This document shows, piece by piece, positions 9,878-19,199 of a stretch of DNA of 64,000 nucleotides. The notes under the pieces are model-generated. The model searched no databases, had not been told where the DNA came from, and saw nothing but the letters and a program-made list of their open reading frames with translations. The position numbers and the translations under genes were made by a program. The stretch is from a bacterium. Lineage in GTDB: Bacteria > CAIWAD01. The stretch lies in assembly GCA_030429345.1 (NCBI GenBank), contig JAUIFJ010000015.1:28931-92930 (forward strand), given 5' to 3'. Position 1 is the stretch's first letter, and every line of letters starts with the position of its first letter.

Positions 9878-10687
9878 TCAGCGGGACGCGCCAGATTCCG
9901 GGGGCAGCTGGACTCCCTGCTCATCCAGCAGTCCCAGGCAGTCCTGGAACCAGGCGCAGGCTTCCCGGTGGCGATCCGCCAACTCGGCAAGCTGTCCGAC
10001 GAACCACAGGCGCTCGAGGCGCGGGTGCAGCTCTTCAGGCAGTTCGTAGTAGATGTAGCGCGTAGCGAAAGTGGCGTGGGCCGGACGGTGCAGCAGCCCC
10101 AGGACCTCCAGCAGCGGTCGCAGGGTGAAGCCCATATAGAAGGAATGGGCCTCGATCCAGTTGCCCCGGGCGAGTTCCTTTTCCACCAGGCACTGGAAGA
10201 GGCGGAAGCGTCGGCGGCAGGTCAGCAGCTGGCGCTCGAGCTGCTCCCGCAGCTGCTCCCGCCCGGATGCATCCAGCGGGCCGACGCGCACCTGCTCCTG
10301 CTTGTCGAAGTGGATCCGCGTGTCGCCGTGGATCTCGCGGGGAATGTGAATCCCCTCGCGATCAGGCTTCATCAGGCTCAGGTCGATCAGCAGGAAGGGG
10401 CCGGCGTCCTCTAGACGAAAGAAAGCCTGGGGCTGGCCATTGAGGGTCGGCTGGGGCATCTCGAAGCGCATCTCGACGGGAGACAGGACGGACAGGCAGG
10501 CTTCGACGGCATGGAAAGTATCCTGCTCGCGCCCATCCTCCACCAGCAGTCCCAGATCGATGTCCGACCACTGGTCGACCCGCCCCCAGGCGGCCGCTCC
10601 GCCCTCGACCAGGGCCAGGGCCCAGGGCAGGGCGCCCAGGTCACGCACCAGGGCATTCAGAATCTGTTCACGAGTCAGCATGCGCAT
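9878..10687 (-). CDS. Nucleotidyltransferase-fold protein (ANT/Lnu-like, with C-terminal helical domain)
   Basis: GG...WGRVDQWSDIDLGLLVEDG is a pol-beta NTase motif. Start is revised to the internal ATG (MRMLTREQ), because the track start at 10723 is a TTG. Confidence 0.55.
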   Translation of the reverse strand: MRMLTREQILNALVRDLGALPWALALVEGGAAAWGRVDQWSDIDLGLLVEDGREQDTFHAVEACLSVLSPVEMRFEMPQPTLNGQPQAFFRLEDAGPFLLIDLSLMKPDREGIHIPREIHGDTRIHFDKQEQVRVGPLDASGREQLREQLERQLLTCRRRFRLFQCLVEKELARGNWIEAHSFYMGFTLRPLLEVLGLLHRPAHATFATRYIYYELPEELHPRLERLWFVGQLAELADRHREACAWFQDCLGLLDEQGVQLPPESGASR

Positions 10688-10719
10688 TGGACGAGGCGGC
10701 GGGGCATGCGTTTCAGGAT

Positions 10720-12540
10720 TCAACCGGATCCGGCCTGTGCCGCCGCCTGTTTCGTTCCGCTACCGGGCAGCGAGGACGGAATGCGCAACTGGAAGCAACT
10801 GCCCTTGCCCGGTTCGCTGTCGACCGTGATGCGGCCTCCATGGGCCCGGGCAATGTGCTTGACGATGGACAGGCCCAGGCCCGTCCCGCCCATTTTGCGG
10901 CTGCGGGCCTTGTCGACCACGTAGAAGCGTTCGAAGAGCCGCGGCAGGTCCGCCCCGGGAATGCCGATGCCCTGGTCGCGCACGCAGAGCTGCAGCTCGC
11001 TCCCGTCTACCCAGGCCTGGATCTGCACCTGGCCGCCGGGATCGCTGTATTTGATGGCGTTCTCCACCAGGTTGCTCAGGGCGCGCTCGATGCGGTGGCT
11101 GTCGATGGACCAGGCCAGGTCGGCGGGACAGTCCAGCTTCAGTTTCACCTTCCGTTCCGCGGCCAGGGACTGGAAGAGTTCGCGCACCATGTCCAGCAGG
11201 GGAAACAACTCGATCGTCTGCCGATCGATGATTCCGCCATCGCGCTCCTCGCGCTCGATGCGGGAAAGCTCCAGCAGGTCGTCGATGATGGCGTTCATGC
11301 GGGTCACCTGGCGCTGGATGATGCCCAGGAAGCGCTCGAGGGTCTCGCGGTCGGCTCCGCCATCCTCGAGCAGGGTCTCGACGAAACCGCGGATCGAGGT
11401 GATCGGCGTGCGCAGCTCGTGTGAGACATTGGCCACGAAGTCCTCGCGCACGGTTTCCAGGCGCTTGAGCCGCGTGATCTCGTTGAGCACGCAGAGCGTG
11501 CCGATCACCTGCTCGCTCGAGTCGAGCAGCGGTGTCACGCTGACCGCGTAGTGGCGCGTGCCCTCTCCGTCCAGCTGCACCCGGTGCTCCGAGTCCCCGC
11601 CTTCCGCCAGGGCGCTCTCGAGGGCCTGCCGCAGGCCGTCGTGTTCCAGGCATTCGGGGAAGATGCGGCGCAGCAGGCGCGCCTCGCGCGTGCGCAGGTG
11701 GCTGCAGGCGGCGCGGTTGATGAAGACGGAGCGCATGTCGCGGTCGAGACCGATCACGCCCTCGTTCATGCTGTCGAGCAAAGCCTCGCGCATGTTGCGC
11801 TCGCGGGCCAGGGAGCGCACCTTCTCGTCGACGCGCTCGGCCATGTGATTCATGGCCGCTCCCAGGCTGTTCAGCTCCTCCACCTTGCCCTCTTCCAGGC
11901 GCAGGCTGAGGCTTCCGCTGGCGTACTGCTCCGCCGCCTGCCGCATCTGCTCGATGGGAACGGAGATCCGTCGCGTATACCACAGGCTCAGCAGGGCCGC
12001 CAGCAGCATGAAGCCGAGGCTGATCCCGAAGATCTCACGTTGCTGGGCCAGGATCGCCTTCTGCACCCCGCGCAGGGGCACCGACAGGCGGAAGACCGGC
12101 GCGTCCCCTCGCGGGTCGAGCAGCATGGCGTGATACACCATCTCCGCGCCCAGCGTCCGGCTGTAGCGCACGGACTCGCCCGCCCCCGTCGCGCGGGCCT
12201 GGAGGATCTCCGGCCGGTTGCCGTGGTTGTCCATCAGCTCGGGATCCTCGTCCGTGTCGGCCAGGACCAGGCCTTCGCGGGCGATCAGCGTGAAGCGGGT
12301 GTCGGTGCGGCGGGCGGCCCGCGCGAGCAGGCTGTCGACGGCAGGGACCTCCGGATCGGAAAGGGCCTGGATCACGAAGGGCGCCAGCAGCCGGCTCTGC
12401 ACGCCCAGGTCGCTGGTCTGGCGCTCGATGGCGACGCGATGCAGGTGACGTCCGGCCACCAGGGCCAACAACGCCAGGCTCAGGACCAGAACCGCGAGGG
12501 AGGGGGGATAGATCAACCAGAAGAGCTTGCGCGGCCTCAT
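10720..12540 (-). CDS. phoR: Phosphate-regulon sensor histidine kinase PhoR-like (TM, HAMP, PAS, HisKA, HATPase)
   Basis: The H-box VSHELRTPITSIRGFVETLL is typical of PhoR. The HATPase motifs GGTGLGLSIVKHI are present. It lies immediately downstream of a PhoB-like response regulator. Confidence 0.75.
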   Translation of the reverse strand: MRPRKLFWLIYPPSLAVLVLSLALLALVAGRHLHRVAIERQTSDLGVQSRLLAPFVIQALSDPEVPAVDSLLARAARRTDTRFTLIAREGLVLADTDEDPELMDNHGNRPEILQARATGAGESVRYSRTLGAEMVYHAMLLDPRGDAPVFRLSVPLRGVQKAILAQQREIFGISLGFMLLAALLSLWYTRRISVPIEQMRQAAEQYASGSLSLRLEEGKVEELNSLGAAMNHMAERVDEKVRSLARERNMREALLDSMNEGVIGLDRDMRSVFINRAACSHLRTREARLLRRIFPECLEHDGLRQALESALAEGGDSEHRVQLDGEGTRHYAVSVTPLLDSSEQVIGTLCVLNEITRLKRLETVREDFVANVSHELRTPITSIRGFVETLLEDGGADRETLERFLGIIQRQVTRMNAIIDDLLELSRIEREERDGGIIDRQTIELFPLLDMVRELFQSLAAERKVKLKLDCPADLAWSIDSHRIERALSNLVENAIKYSDPGGQVQIQAWVDGSELQLCVRDQGIGIPGADLPRLFERFYVVDKARSRKMGGTGLGLSIVKHIARAHGGRITVDSEPGKGSCFQLRIPSSLPGSGTKQAAAQAGSG

Positions 12541-12576
12541 GCGCTTCCTTCCCGGATCAGGTCCGCGGCGGGGCGG

Positions 12577-13296
12577 CTAGTCGGTTTCTTCGACCTCTTC
12601 GGCAAAGCGGTAGCCGACGCCGCGCACGGTCTCGATCAGGCGAGCCGATTCGCCCAGTTTCTTGCGCAGTCCGACCACCTGGACATCCACGGAACGTTTG
12701 GTCACAGGATAGCCTTCTCCGCGGATACTGTCCACGATCTGGTAGCGGCTGAAGACCCAGCCGGGACGACCGGCCAACAGGGCAAGCAGATGGAATTCGG
12801 TGTAGGTCAACTCGAGGGCCTTGCCGTTCAGGGTCGCCCTGTGGCGGTTGGGGTCGATCTCTACGGGGCCGCGCTGAATGCGCCCGCTTGCCACAGGATG
12901 CGCGCCGCCGTCCTCTTCGCGCCGGCGTCGGCGGATTACCGCGCGAATGCGCGCGCAGAGCAGTTTGGGACTGAAGGGCTTCGTGACATAGTCGTCTGCG
13001 CCGCTTTCCAGGCCCTGGATCATCTCCTTCTCCTCGCTGCGCGCGGTGAGCATGATCACCGGCGTCTGCGCCAGGCGGGGATGGGCGCGCAAGTCGGAAC
13101 AGATCTGGTGGCCATTCTTGCCCGGAAGCATCAGGTCGAGCAGGATCAGGTCCGGCTCCATGCTTTCCGCGCGGGCCAGGGCCTCATCGCCTTTCTGCAC
13201 CACCTCGGACTCGAAGCCCTCGCGGTGCAGGGTGAACTGGATCAATTCGACAATGTCGTCTTCGTCTTCCACCACCAGGATGCGTTCTGCCTTCAT
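12577..13296 (-). CDS. phoB: Phosphate regulon response regulator PhoB (OmpR family)
   Basis: ILVVEDE...DLILLDLMLPG...MLTARSEEKEMIQGLESGADDYVTKPFSPKLLCARIRAVIRR is nearly collinear with E. coli PhoB. A winged-helix C-terminus follows. The start ATG is preceded by GGGAGAG. Confidence 0.8.
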   Translation of the reverse strand: MKAERILVVEDEDDIVELIQFTLHREGFESEVVQKGDEALARAESMEPDLILLDLMLPGKNGHQICSDLRAHPRLAQTPVIMLTARSEEKEMIQGLESGADDYVTKPFSPKLLCARIRAVIRRRRREEDGGAHPVASGRIQRGPVEIDPNRHRATLNGKALELTYTEFHLLALLAGRPGWVFSRYQIVDSIRGEGYPVTKRSVDVQVVGLRKKLGESARLIETVRGVGYRFAEEVEETD

Positions 13297-13397
13297 CCAG
13301 TCTCTCCCGTCAGATTTGGGATGCCGTCGATGCGAGGATCGGAATCGGAACCTCCTGCAGCGATTGTCTCAGAAAAAGGCAAAATGAAAGGCAACTG

Positions 13398-13913
13398 TTA
13401 GAAAGAAGTAAGTCCGATCCAGCCTGCCGGCCGTTGAATGGCATCGCGCTGCCCGCGTCCTTCCAGCTCATCGAGGTGCTGGCGGAAGGTGGCGTAGTCG
13501 CTTTCCTGCAGCAGGCCGAGCAGGGGCTCGAGAACAACCAGATGCCCCCCCTTGCCGGCCAGGTGGACCAGACGCTCAACGTCCCGGCGGCCCAGGGCGA
13601 AAGGCAATCGATGGCTCGCCAGCCAATACAACAGGTCCCGCTCCAGATCCAGATCCACCAGCAGCGACCAGGGGCCGGGCAGGTCGAAATGCTCGGCCAG
13701 TCCCTGGAGCACCCGCAGACCGGGGCTGTGGTCGGGATCCCGCAGGATCGCCTGGATGCTGCCGGTTCCCAGCCCGGTCTCTTCGGAAAGGGCCAGCACA
13801 CTGATGCCCTGACCCTGGCGCGCCTCGGCCATCAACCGTCGCAGGTTGCGGGCCACCAGGCCATGCAAGGGACGCGCCTCCGGATCCGGGCGCTTGCGCG
13901 CACGTGGACTCAT
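13398..13913 (-). CDS. XRE-family helix-turn-helix transcriptional regulator with unknown C-terminal domain
   Basis: LRRLMAEARQGQGISVLALSEETGLGTGSIQAILRD is an HTH_XRE motif. The start ATG follows GGAGGAAC. Confidence 0.6.
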   Translation of the reverse strand: MSPRARKRPDPEARPLHGLVARNLRRLMAEARQGQGISVLALSEETGLGTGSIQAILRDPDHSPGLRVLQGLAEHFDLPGPWSLLVDLDLERDLLYWLASHRLPFALGRRDVERLVHLAGKGGHLVVLEPLLGLLQESDYATFRQHLDELEGRGQRDAIQRPAGWIGLTSF

Positions 13914-14071
13914 GGTTCCTCCACTTCTGGAAACCCGTGCGTTCAGGTCTGGGGTCGATCGGGGGGGTTGTGCTTCAGGCGTCCGGATACGCCTTGGAAT
14001 GGATACGGGACAAGGGCTGTATGGGTTCCCCTCTCCCTTCGAACAAACCTATCGGCACGATCACCCCCAAA

Positions 14072-14094
14072 AATCGCTATCGGGATCGCTATCG
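14072..14094 (+). promoter_or_regulatory. 23-nt motif AATCGCTATCGGGATCGCTATCG (direct repeat of ATCGCTATCG), copy 1, about 160 nt upstream of the XRE regulator gene
   Basis: The same 23-mer recurs at 33334-33356 and both copies are preceded by a C-run. See the finding on this motif. Confidence 0.45.
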
Positions 14095-14122
14095 AAGGTT
14101 GCCCTCCCCTGCAGGGCTGGCC

Positions 14123-14968
14123 TCAGAAGGGAATCCCTTCCCAGAGCTTCCCCCACCAGCAAGCCTGTACCCAGGCCAGCAGCAGCAGGCCCTGCAGCAG
14201 GCCTCTTCGGCGGGCATCAGCGCGGCCGGCATCCAGCCACAGGGCGATCAGCAGCACCAGGGGCAGGCCCAGCCGAACGAGCAGGTCGAAGGGAGAGAAC
14301 CAGGCCAGGGGCAGGCTGGCCAGCCACAACAGGCCCAGCAGCGGCCCGCGGCCGAGCAGCGCGCAGAGGGTGCGCTTGCCGGCGCGCAGATCCTCGTCCC
14401 GGTCAGGCAGGGTGGTGGCAATGGCGGCGATGAAGGCGGTCAGCAACAAGAAGAGCCAGTCCCCGGTCGGAAGAGCGGCGGCCGATGCGCCGCTCACCCA
14501 CAGGGCCAGCAGGGGCAGGACGAGTCCGACTCCGGCGGTCTGCAGGAATTCGCCGCCACCGCGGTAGTTGAGGCGAAGGGGCGGAAAACTGTAGGCCAGG
14601 AACAGTCCCAGCCCGGCAAGGGCCAGCAGGGGCAGGAGCCACTTGCCGACCAGGGCGCCCAGCCAGGCGAAACACAGCAGATAGCCTTCGGCGGCCAGCA
14701 TGCCCGCCGCCTTCAGCTGCCGGGGCCGCAGTTCCCCGCGAGGCAGCACGCCGGAGCCGCCGCTGATCCAGGTCGGCTGTCCGGCATCGCTTCCGCGGTC
14801 CGCGAAATCGTTGAGCCAGACGATGGCCAGCTGCAACAGCCAGCCGCCAATCAGCAGCGTGATCCACGGCGCGTCCCCGCCGGCCGCCTGTGCTCCAATC
14901 AACAGCGGCGGCCAGAGGTTGAGCACGGACAAGGGCCGCGCCGAACGAATCCAGGCAACCGGCTTCAA
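14123..14968 (-). CDS. UbiA-family polyprenyltransferase, MenA-like (1,4-dihydroxy-2-naphthoate prenyltransferase-like)
   Basis: It is multi-pass hydrophobic. The N-terminal AWIRSARP matches the MenA AWLESLRP motif. NDFADRGSD corresponds to the MenA NDYGDAVKGSD Asp-rich motif. NYRGGGE is shared with the paralog at 25187. The start is a TTG, so uncertain. Confidence 0.6.
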   Translation of the reverse strand: MKPVAWIRSARPLSVLNLWPPLLIGAQAAGGDAPWITLLIGGWLLQLAIVWLNDFADRGSDAGQPTWISGGSGVLPRGELRPRQLKAAGMLAAEGYLLCFAWLGALVGKWLLPLLALAGLGLFLAYSFPPLRLNYRGGGEFLQTAGVGLVLPLLALWVSGASAAALPTGDWLFLLLTAFIAAIATTLPDRDEDLRAGKRTLCALLGRGPLLGLLWLASLPLAWFSPFDLLVRLGLPLVLLIALWLDAGRADARRRGLLQGLLLLAWVQACWWGKLWEGIPF

Positions 14969-15109
14969 GAGCGAAGCTGTGATTCAGAAGAACGCGCACG
15001 GAGAGCACAGAGAAGACAGAGAGCGCCGAGAAGAGATTGGGGCGGATTGCAGTGAACACCCATTCGATCTTCCTCCGTGTCCTCTGTCTTCTCCGCGCTC
15101 TCTGTGCGA

Positions 15110-15155
15110 GATCTTAAATGAAAAGACCGCCCCGCCAGCAAGGGCAGGGCGGTCC
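15110..15155 (-). terminator. Rho-independent terminator after the CoA-transferase gene
   Basis: A GC-rich stem gaccgccccgcc...ggcagggcggtc is followed by a T-run on the minus strand (ttttcattt). Confidence 0.5.
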
Positions 15156-15179
15156 ATGGGATGCGTGTGCTACACTCCC

Positions 15180-16472
15180 CTACCCGGGAATGCTCAGGCC
15201 CCAGATCTCCCGGGCGCCCTTCATCAGCTCCTCGCGGAAATCGGGGTGGGAGATTCGGATCAGCTCGCGGGCGCGCTCGCGCAGGCTGCGGCCCTTCAGG
15301 TTGGCCACGCCGTACTCGGTGACGATGTGCTGCACGTGGGCGCGCGTGGTCACCACGCCGGCTCCGGGCGTCAGCGTCGGCACCAGGCGTGATACGGTGC
15401 CGCCGGCCGCCGTCGAGGGCAGGGCGATGATCGCCTTGCCGCCGGGGCTCAGCGCCGCGCCGCGAATGAAGTCCATCTGTCCGCCGACGCCGCTGTAGAT
15501 TTGCGTGCCCATGGAATCGGCGCAGACCTGGCCGGACAGGTCGACCTGGATCGCGCTGTTGATGGCCGTCACATTGGAGTTGCGGCGAATGTTGGCCGTG
15601 TCATTGACGTACTCGATATCCAGGAAGACCACTTCCGGATTATCATCGACAAAATCGTAGAGCTTGCGCGAGCCCATGGCGAAGCCGGTGACGATCTTGC
15701 CCGGATGCACCTTCTTGCAGGCGCCGGTGATCACTCCGCGCTCCACCAGGTCGAGCACTCCCTCGGCGAACATTTCCGTGTGGATGCCCAGGTCCTTGTG
15801 CCCCGTCAGGTTGGACAGGGCCGCGTCGGGAATCGCGCCGATGCCCATTTGCAGACAGGCCCCGTCCCGGATCAGCGAGGCCACACGCTCGCCGATCGCG
15901 CGGGTGGTTTCCGTCTGCCGCGCCGGCGGGAACTCATGCAGGGGCACATCCTCTTCGTATACGGCGTGGAAACGGTTGTAGGGAATGAAGGCGTCGCCAT
16001 GGGTGCGCGGCATGCTGGGATTGATGTGGGCGATCACCTTGTTGGCCACCTCGCAGGCCGCCTTGGCCGCCTCGACGCTGATGCCCAGCGTACACATGCC
16101 ATGGGCGTCCGGCGGGCTGACCTGCAAAAGGACCGTGTCCACCCGCTGCTCGCCATTGCGGAAAAGCTTGGGAATCTCGGAAAGGAAGATCGGCACGTAG
16201 TCGGCCTTGCCCTCGTTGACGATTTTGCGCGAGGGCGCTCCGACGAAGAAGCAGCGCAGGCGGAGATGCCCTTCCAGCTCGGGGGCGGTGACGACCTGGG
16301 CGCCTTCCGTATGCAGCTGCATCAGGGTGATGTTGTGCTTGTCCATGGCATGCTTGGCAATGCCTTCCAGCAGGCGCACCGGCGTAGAGGCCATGCTGTG
16401 AACCCAGACAAACTCGTTGCTTTCGATCGAGGCCACCACCTCTTCGGGTGAAGCCGCTTTATAGGGTGCCAT
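15180..16472 (-). CDS. Acetyl-CoA hydrolase/transferase family protein (4-hydroxybutyrate or succinyl-CoA:acetate CoA-transferase-like)
   Basis: It is collinear with the Cat1/AbfT family (…GIGAIPDA…, …SGVGGQMDFIRGA…, …EYGVANLKG…). The start ATG follows GGGAGGA. Confidence 0.8.
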   Translation of the reverse strand: MAPYKAASPEEVVASIESNEFVWVHSMASTPVRLLEGIAKHAMDKHNITLMQLHTEGAQVVTAPELEGHLRLRCFFVGAPSRKIVNEGKADYVPIFLSEIPKLFRNGEQRVDTVLLQVSPPDAHGMCTLGISVEAAKAACEVANKVIAHINPSMPRTHGDAFIPYNRFHAVYEEDVPLHEFPPARQTETTRAIGERVASLIRDGACLQMGIGAIPDAALSNLTGHKDLGIHTEMFAEGVLDLVERGVITGACKKVHPGKIVTGFAMGSRKLYDFVDDNPEVVFLDIEYVNDTANIRRNSNVTAINSAIQVDLSGQVCADSMGTQIYSGVGGQMDFIRGAALSPGGKAIIALPSTAAGGTVSRLVPTLTPGAGVVTTRAHVQHIVTEYGVANLKGRSLRERARELIRISHPDFREELMKGAREIWGLSIPG

Positions 16473-16696
16473 TCGTCCTCCCGTTTCTCAGGCAATCTTC
16501 TAGTCGGGACTATCGTCATTTCCAGGCCGAGCTGGAGTATACCAACCGCCGCTCTGCCGGGGAACAACGAAGCTAGAACGCGGGATCCCTCCTTGAATTG
16601 ACCCACATCAACGGAAGCCCGGAAAGCGGAAAAGAGAGAAGAAAAATCGCAGGAAACGGGTGGCGCCGCGCCCCCTGCCAGCCCCATCTTTCCCCC

Positions 16697-17566
16697 ATGA
16701 TACACCTGGACAACCACAGCCAGCAGCGCGTCCTCCGCGCCCTGGCCCTGATGAGCGACGGCCGGGCGCGCCCGGAGCTCGACCTGGCGACCATCGCCGC
16801 CGAAATGCAGCTCAGCCCGGCCCACGCCCAGAAGCTCTTCAAGCGCTGGGTCGGCCTGAGCCCGAAGGCCTTCCTGCAGGCCCTGACCCTGAAAGCGCTG
16901 CGCGAACGGATCCTGCAGGAGGGCAGCCTGGAACACCTGGCCTGGGATTGCGGGCTTTCCGGCGGCTCCCGGCTCTACGACCTGGTGCTGAAGACCGAAG
17001 CCTGCACCCCCGGATCCCTGAAGCGGCGCGGCCAGGGCCTGGAGATCCGCTATGGCATCCATTCCGGCCCATTCGGGGAGTTCCTGCTCGCCACCAGCGA
17101 CAAGGGCATCTGCTTTCTGGGATTCCTGGCCCAGCGCGGATCCGCCGCCGGTCTGGAAGAATTGCGGAGCCAGTTTCCGCTGGCCCGTCTGCTCGAGGAC
17201 AGGGAGGGAACGCGAGAGGTGGCGGAACAGGTCTTTCCCGTGCGGGACGCGGGCAGCGCGCTTTCCCTGCACCTGCTGGGAACGCCTTTTCAGCTAAAGG
17301 TCTGGGAGGCCCTGTTGAGAATCCCCGATGGACAGCTGACGACCTACCAGGAGATCGCCCGTGCCTGCGGACAGGACAAGGCCTCGCGGGCGGTGGGGGG
17401 CGGAGTCGGCGCCAATCCGGTTTCCTGGCTGATTCCCTGCCACCGCGTCATCCGGAAGATGGGCCTGCCGGGACACTATCGCTGGGGCGCGGGCGTCAAG
17501 CAAAGCCTGCTGGCCTGGGAAGGGACGCGGCGACCAGGCGAATCCTCTTGCGATCCAGAGGCTTGA
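16697..17566 (+). CDS. Ada-like bifunctional protein: AraC-type HTH fused to methylated-DNA-protein-cysteine methyltransferase, lacking the N-terminal Zn methylphosphotriester domain
   Basis: The C-terminus carries the MGMT active site LIPCHRVI. An AraC HTH region sits upstream. Start is revised to the ATG (MIHLDNHSQ), because the track start is a TTG. Confidence 0.7.
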   Translation: MIHLDNHSQQRVLRALALMSDGRARPELDLATIAAEMQLSPAHAQKLFKRWVGLSPKAFLQALTLKALRERILQEGSLEHLAWDCGLSGGSRLYDLVLKTEACTPGSLKRRGQGLEIRYGIHSGPFGEFLLATSDKGICFLGFLAQRGSAAGLEELRSQFPLARLLEDREGTREVAEQVFPVRDAGSALSLHLLGTPFQLKVWEALLRIPDGQLTTYQEIARACGQDKASRAVGGGVGANPVSWLIPCHRVIRKMGLPGHYRWGAGVKQSLLAWEGTRRPGESSCDPEA

Positions 17567-17629
17567 AGCCCACCTTGGATCGGCGGCCTTCGGGCCCATC
17601 CCCCCCTTAGGAAAAGCGAGAGGTTCCCC

Positions 17630-19153
17630 GTGGATCCTGACATGGAACACCCACAGGCAAACGCAGGACGATCACGCCCCTCCGAAGCTCCCGCCATCCT
17701 GGAAGTGGATCTCGACTTCCGTCTGCAATCTGCCAGCCAGGCCTGCCGGACGCTGTTGCCGGAACTGGACCCCAGGGATCCCTCCTCCGCGGCCCGGGTC
17801 CTTGAGCCGCTGCTTCGCACCTTGAAACGCCACCAGGCCGAATCCGGAGCCAGCGAGCTGCAGGCGATTCCGATCCGTTTCATGACGGAAGAAGACGGCG
17901 AGCGACAGCTTCCCCTGGCGCGCATCGAGACCCTGCGCAACGAATCCGGACAGCCTCGCGGACACAGGATCACGCTGGCGGCGCCGGAAGGGCCTGGTTC
18001 AAGGGATCTTCCCCGTGTGCCCCAGGACAGGACGGTCTCTCCGGAAGAATGGCGCCAGGCCCGGTTGGCCTCCCTGGGGGCGCTCTGCGGGGGCGTGGCG
18101 CACAAACTGAACAACCTGCTGGTCAGCATCCTGGGACACGCGGAGCTGCTGGGGCTGCAGAACCTGGACGCCTCGGACAAGGACGCGGTGAACCAGATCC
18201 TGCACGCAGGCCTGAAGGCGCGCGATCTGTGTTCCGACCTGCTGCACCTCAACAGCCGCTCGCCGGCCAACCTGGCCACGGTCAACCTGTGGCACCTGAT
18301 CCACGAGAGCGCCCACCTCTTCAAGTTCAGCCTGCCCTCCGGCTGCCGTCTCGAATTGCGCGCGGAAGTGGAGGAAGCCTTTGTCCGGGCGGATCCGGCG
18401 CTGCTCAAGCGCATCATGCTGCAGATCCTGCTCAACGCGGGGCGCGCCGTTCCCGAGAACGAGGGACGGATCGTGATCTCCCGTTCCCGGGACAGTGACA
18501 CGGACTCCATGCTGCTGGATTTCTGGAACAACGGCCCGCCCCTGCCGCCGGATGTACACGAAACCATTTTCCGTGCCGGGCTCAGCCTCTGGTCCGGCGG
18601 AAGCGGCCTGGGCCTCTACATGGCGCGGGAAGACGCCCGCAGCATGGGCGCCGAACTGTCCTGCGTTCCGGAAAGGGATGGCGCACGCTTCCGCTTGAGA
18701 TTGCCCTTGAGCCTGTATACGGAACACGCGCCGGGCACGAGTCCGGGCGGGGAGGAATGGCAGGGCAGCGGGGACATCCTGCTGATCGATGACGAGGAGA
18801 GCAACCTCAAGGTGCTGGAGATGGTGCTCAACCAGCGCGGCTTCCGCACCTTCTGCGCGCAAAGCGGAAAAGAGGGACTGGAACTCTTCGCGCGGCGTGC
18901 GGGCGACTGGGGCCTGGCCCTTGTCGATCTGCGCATGCCGGACATGGACGGGCGGGATGTGATCCAGAGCATGCGCGAAGCCGCGCCCTCCCTGCCGATC
19001 CTGCTGACCAGCGGCATCGGGCCGGATGGCGCCTTGATGGCTCACGAATGCGGCGCCAGCGACTACCTGCCGAAACCCTTCACGGCGGCGCAGCTGGTGG
19101 AGACCATCCGCCGCTGGTGTCCGGAAGAATTCCGCCCCGGCGCGAGAAGCTGA
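17630..19153 (+). CDS. Hybrid sensor histidine kinase / response regulator
   Basis: HisKA reads GGVAHKLNNLLVSILGHAELL. The HATPase G-box GGSGLGLYMA is present. The C-terminal receiver reads ILLIDDEESNLKVL...LALVDLRMPDMDG. The first codon is GTG; an ATG lies 12 nt downstream. Confidence 0.75.
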   Translation: MDPDMEHPQANAGRSRPSEAPAILEVDLDFRLQSASQACRTLLPELDPRDPSSAARVLEPLLRTLKRHQAESGASELQAIPIRFMTEEDGERQLPLARIETLRNESGQPRGHRITLAAPEGPGSRDLPRVPQDRTVSPEEWRQARLASLGALCGGVAHKLNNLLVSILGHAELLGLQNLDASDKDAVNQILHAGLKARDLCSDLLHLNSRSPANLATVNLWHLIHESAHLFKFSLPSGCRLELRAEVEEAFVRADPALLKRIMLQILLNAGRAVPENEGRIVISRSRDSDTDSMLLDFWNNGPPLPPDVHETIFRAGLSLWSGGSGLGLYMAREDARSMGAELSCVPERDGARFRLRLPLSLYTEHAPGTSPGGEEWQGSGDILLIDDEESNLKVLEMVLNQRGFRTFCAQSGKEGLELFARRAGDWGLALVDLRMPDMDGRDVIQSMREAAPSLPILLTSGIGPDGALMAHECGASDYLPKPFTAAQLVETIRRWCPEEFRPGARS

Positions 19154-19199
19154 ACCCGTTCCGGATCCGGTCCGGAGCCATCAACCACGGAGAAGCCGC

